Below, in pieces: positions 60,756-64,000 of a DNA stretch of 64,000 nucleotides. A model generated the notes under the pieces. The model did no database searches. It saw only the letters and a program-made list of their open reading frames with translations, and was not told the DNA's origin. The stretch comes from Bigelowiella natans CCMP2755. Taxonomy: Eukaryota; Protista; Cercozoa. How positions within the stretch are numbered: position 1 is the first letter of the stretch; every line of letters begins with the position of its first letter. The position numbers were made by a program, and so were the translations under genes. The stretch is taken from positions 1-64,000 of the forward strand of contig ADNK01001511.1 in the NCBI GenBank assembly GCA_000320545.1, written 5' to 3'.

Positions 60756-61780
60756 CTATTCTTTTACTTTCAGTGAATCGATAACATCTCCTATTTCTGG
60801 ATGATCTCCTACAGAAAGTTAGCATAGCATTGAAGGGTGAAATTTAATATGTTCAGCATAATATACGAGAACAAATGACCAGGAATTCTATCAGCCCAAG
60901 CATATTCAATGCTTTCAGAATTGACGGCAAAGGTAGCTCCAAGCCTTAAAACCTAGGATAATAGTGCATGAAATGACATGTATCGTTGTTTAGAAGATGA
61001 GATCAAAGCACTACGTGATAGTACTAGTAGTAGCAGTAGTATGCATGAGTTTCTATGTTCTGTCTTTCAAGGTAATAATGGCTCTAAAATGCTCGTTATC
61101 AGAGAATGCTCGTCATCAAAGAGTTGTCGTCATTGTTGCCAATATTTGCCTTCTTGGGAGCAAAGACAGTAGATATATCATCACTATCATTATTACTCCT
61201 TCAGGAATCTTGCCAAATGGGAGATCTTTGGGAACTAATGTCGTTGTATCAAGGGGTCATATTACAATCATGGTGGTGAATAATAATGAAAACGGAAGCT
61301 GAGCGGAAAGAACAAAGAGAGGGACAAAGAGGGAGGGAGGGAGGGAGGGAGAGAGAGAGAGAGGAGAAATGAAAAAAGAAGAATGCAAAAAAGTACAAAT
61401 ACCAGGAGAAATTTTGCCGACATTCATGAAATATGACCACCTAAATTAAATAAAACAATATTTTCCCTTGTATGAATGAATCTATTTTTATGTATTAAAA
61501 TGCTGATCGAGTATCTACTACTACTACTATCACCACTAACAGCACACCATCATCATGGGATCAACAACACTCTAAGCAATAGCATCGACAGTAGTCCATA
61601 GAAGTGAAGAAAAGGAGAATAATAACTACCAGTTTACTCCTGACGGTGGTTTTAGCTCAACATCCTTTTAGAATAATAATAATATTTCTTCGTATAGAAT
61701 AATAATAATATTTCTTCGTATAGAATAATAATAATATTTCTTCGCGTTTTTGAATAATATGTCATCATCCAAGTTGGTGA

Positions 61781-61812
<32 letters not shown>

Positions 61813-64000
61813 CCTTTGCTGCTTCCATGTCGTCACCAATTTTCCCTAGGCCAGCCCTGTTATAAGCCTGATTGTTGTCGTAGTTGTGTCAATAATTGCC
61901 ACGTTGAACAACAATAAATTATTAAGATACTTGGCTGAAGAACATGAATTAGGGTGCAAAATCTACTGCTTATTATTAAGCCTTTTGCGAATAATAATAC
62001 TCAATTAAGCGGGGGGGAAATTATCAATTTATTTTACAACGTACGTCGAGAAACGTACATGTAGATGAAGAACAACAGACAGTAGGGGTATTAAGAGATA
62101 AATAAGATTACTACGTTGAAGTCTTAGAAGAGAACAACAGTAGGGTTATTATTAAAAGATAAATAAGTTTACTGCTGCTACTTTGAAATCATATCCGTCG
62201 ACCAATGCATTCTCTCTTGGGATACGTGGGTTTAACTCAAGAAATCTGTATATAGCAGTGAGGAGTAGTGCATAGAGGACAAGAAGATTTATAAACCAGA
62301 AATATATAGTAGCGAACAGTAGTTGCGTAGGTTCAGTTGTTGTCAAAACAGTAGTAGTAATGTTATTGCCTCAATTGCTATTACTTTATCCCTACTACTA
62401 CCAACAACAACTACTACTACTAGTAGTAGTTTTGCTGTTGTTGGTTATTACTTTTAATACAGTTGCGTTTCTATGCTGCTGCTACTACTACTACTACTAC
62501 TAGCTGTAGAAACTGCCACAGCAGCGACCCTGGTGAATCGCTCACTTTCCAATAATTGATAAGTACAAACCTTGAGAGTTTTTCGTCATCTCCAATTGAG
62601 ATGAACAGGGGGCCTTTGATGTCAGCCTGAGGAGGAATAGAATTTAGAATATCATCATATTTATCTGCGGCTATAGTAACGATGTGTTGAGCAAGTCGCT
62701 ACATGTCATCATGATATCAATATTTTGTGTACATAGATGACAATAATGATAATGATGTGGTATAAACCTCCTCCAAAGCTGGGATAACGTCAACCCACTT
62801 GGCATGACAAACAAGCATGAATATGAGGATCACATTGGTGTTGATATTATTAATGGTACCGATGATAATTTCAATGAAGTAATGATATTCAACGTTTTTG
62901 ACGGTACTATGGGGTTGATATTAACAGTGCTAAGATTTTGAAACCATCTTATTGTCGGTGTTGACTTCCATCAAGGAAGAGATAGAAACTGAATTCTCTT
63001 CAATTATTACCGAGTTAGCGTAATCCCAGCAGTATGGTCACCTATTAATTTAGAGTCGTCGGTGTTATGATGTGTAGCTACCGACTAATTGAAGTCTGAG
63101 GGTATGTTATATTCCATCCAATGCAACTAGTGAGTAGTGAGTGTTTATCACAACAGTCTTACAAGTATTCTTATTGGAAATTTTAAGCATTCATCTTCAA
63201 TCAAGTTTTATATATTTATGGTATTGGTGATGGTGATGATGATAATGATGAAGATGATGAAAGGTTTGTGATAAGCTAAAAACTCGTTCTACTTTTTGTG
63301 CTTCTTCTTCTACTACTGCTGCAACTGACTACTGTTACTAGTTATTACTACTACCCAAGGTGTCTTAGAAATACAACGATTGACTTTCCAGATCCCATCT
63401 ATATTGAATGATGATGATGATGATGATGATGATATTGCGTGTCTAGTCACATGGATGTTGTAAGCAATGGAAATGGGCAAAAAGATATCTTTTCGCTAAT
63501 TTTTAAATGAAAATATTAGAAATTAGAAGGGGAAATACGAGCAAAAGGATAAAACAAATGCACACAACTACGTATAATTAATTCTCAGGTTTGACTTTGT
63601 CAACATTATCATCATAATGATCATCAATCAACTCAACTGAGTCCCCAAGATCTCGGTGCTCCCCGTTAGCATCCAAAAGTGTCATATCCTAAAGCAAACA
63701 TATGTTTGATGACGACTGGGAATACCAGCCGATCAGGCTAATGGTCATCGAAAATACCCGCAGGTCTCCAGCTGTCACTTTAATCGGAGAACCCGTCGAT
63801 TTGATTGTAGCTGTACCTCCGTCACAATTACATTGAGCCGTTGATGCTGCTGCTGCTGCTGCTATTGCGTTTCTTCTCGGAAAACTATAGCTTCCACCAT
63901 GTCTAGCAGCAGCTAATAATAATACAAAAGGAGGGAAAAGAAAGTCAAGATCAGCGATACTCTCATATCAATATGAGGAAACTGTCTGGGAAAAAGTGTG
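60756..64000 (-). CDS. AhpC-TSA/PRXL2 (SelU-like) thioredoxin-fold protein with in-frame TGA in UxxC; candidate selenoprotein; 5' end outside the window
   Basis: Spliced: DMTLLDANGEHRDLGDS|MGSGKSIVVFLRHLG|(TGA)PYCWDYANS|WVDVIPALEE|ADIKGPLFISIGDDEKLS|RFLELNP..VDGYDFK|AYNRAGLGK..|WSYFMNVGKISP|VPKDLPFGKIPEG|VLRLGATFAV..YAWADRIP|GDHPEIGDV..*. Confidence 0.85.
61669..61744. repeat. 26-bp tandem triplication next to a splice acceptor
   Basis: TAGAATAATAATAATATTTCTTCG(TA) at 61669, 61695 and 61721. Confidence 0.9.

Noticed and set aside
63078-63127. Alternative acceptor giving RHLG-C-IGW (a Cys isoform of the selenoprotein)
   Set aside because: Lacks the second Cys and reaches a stop within ~15 codons; probably chance, though RNA-seq could test it.

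Overview
Eukaryotic nuclear DNA: intron-dense, with many introns packed with microsatellites, and probably a chromosome left end (degenerate CCCTAA repeats at 1-470). The style suggests an alga or protist such as a chlorarachniophyte, but that is inference only. Manual splicing gives 11 protein genes: a tail-anchored coiled-coil protein (-), a patatin-like lipase (+), a divergent alkaline ceramidase (+), a Zn-dependent CAD-type alcohol dehydrogenase (-), a SNAPC4/SNAP190-like Myb protein (+), an intronless ionotropic glutamate receptor-like channel (-), a RECQ1-like helicase (+), a PX-BAR sorting nexin (-), a 7x RanBP2 zinc-finger protein (-), a stand-alone bacterial-type PAS-PAC protein (+), and a 5'-truncated AhpC-TSA/PRXL2-like protein with an in-frame TGA in a UxxC motif (candidate selenoprotein, -). 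Main finding: seven 0.8-2 kb intergenic tracts are enriched in TGCA/CATG/CTAG and variably depleted of TpA (almost completely in three of them). One lies downstream of the 3' end of every gene and one covers the subtelomere, while none lies in the divergent promoters. A repeat straddling one tract edge shows the direction of change (10 of 11 TpA to CpA/TpG, with CTAG largely spared). This suggests a targeted DNA-modification or hypermutation system at termination zones and telomeres, reminiscent of base J or 5hmU. All exon boundaries were deduced by eye and are provisional.
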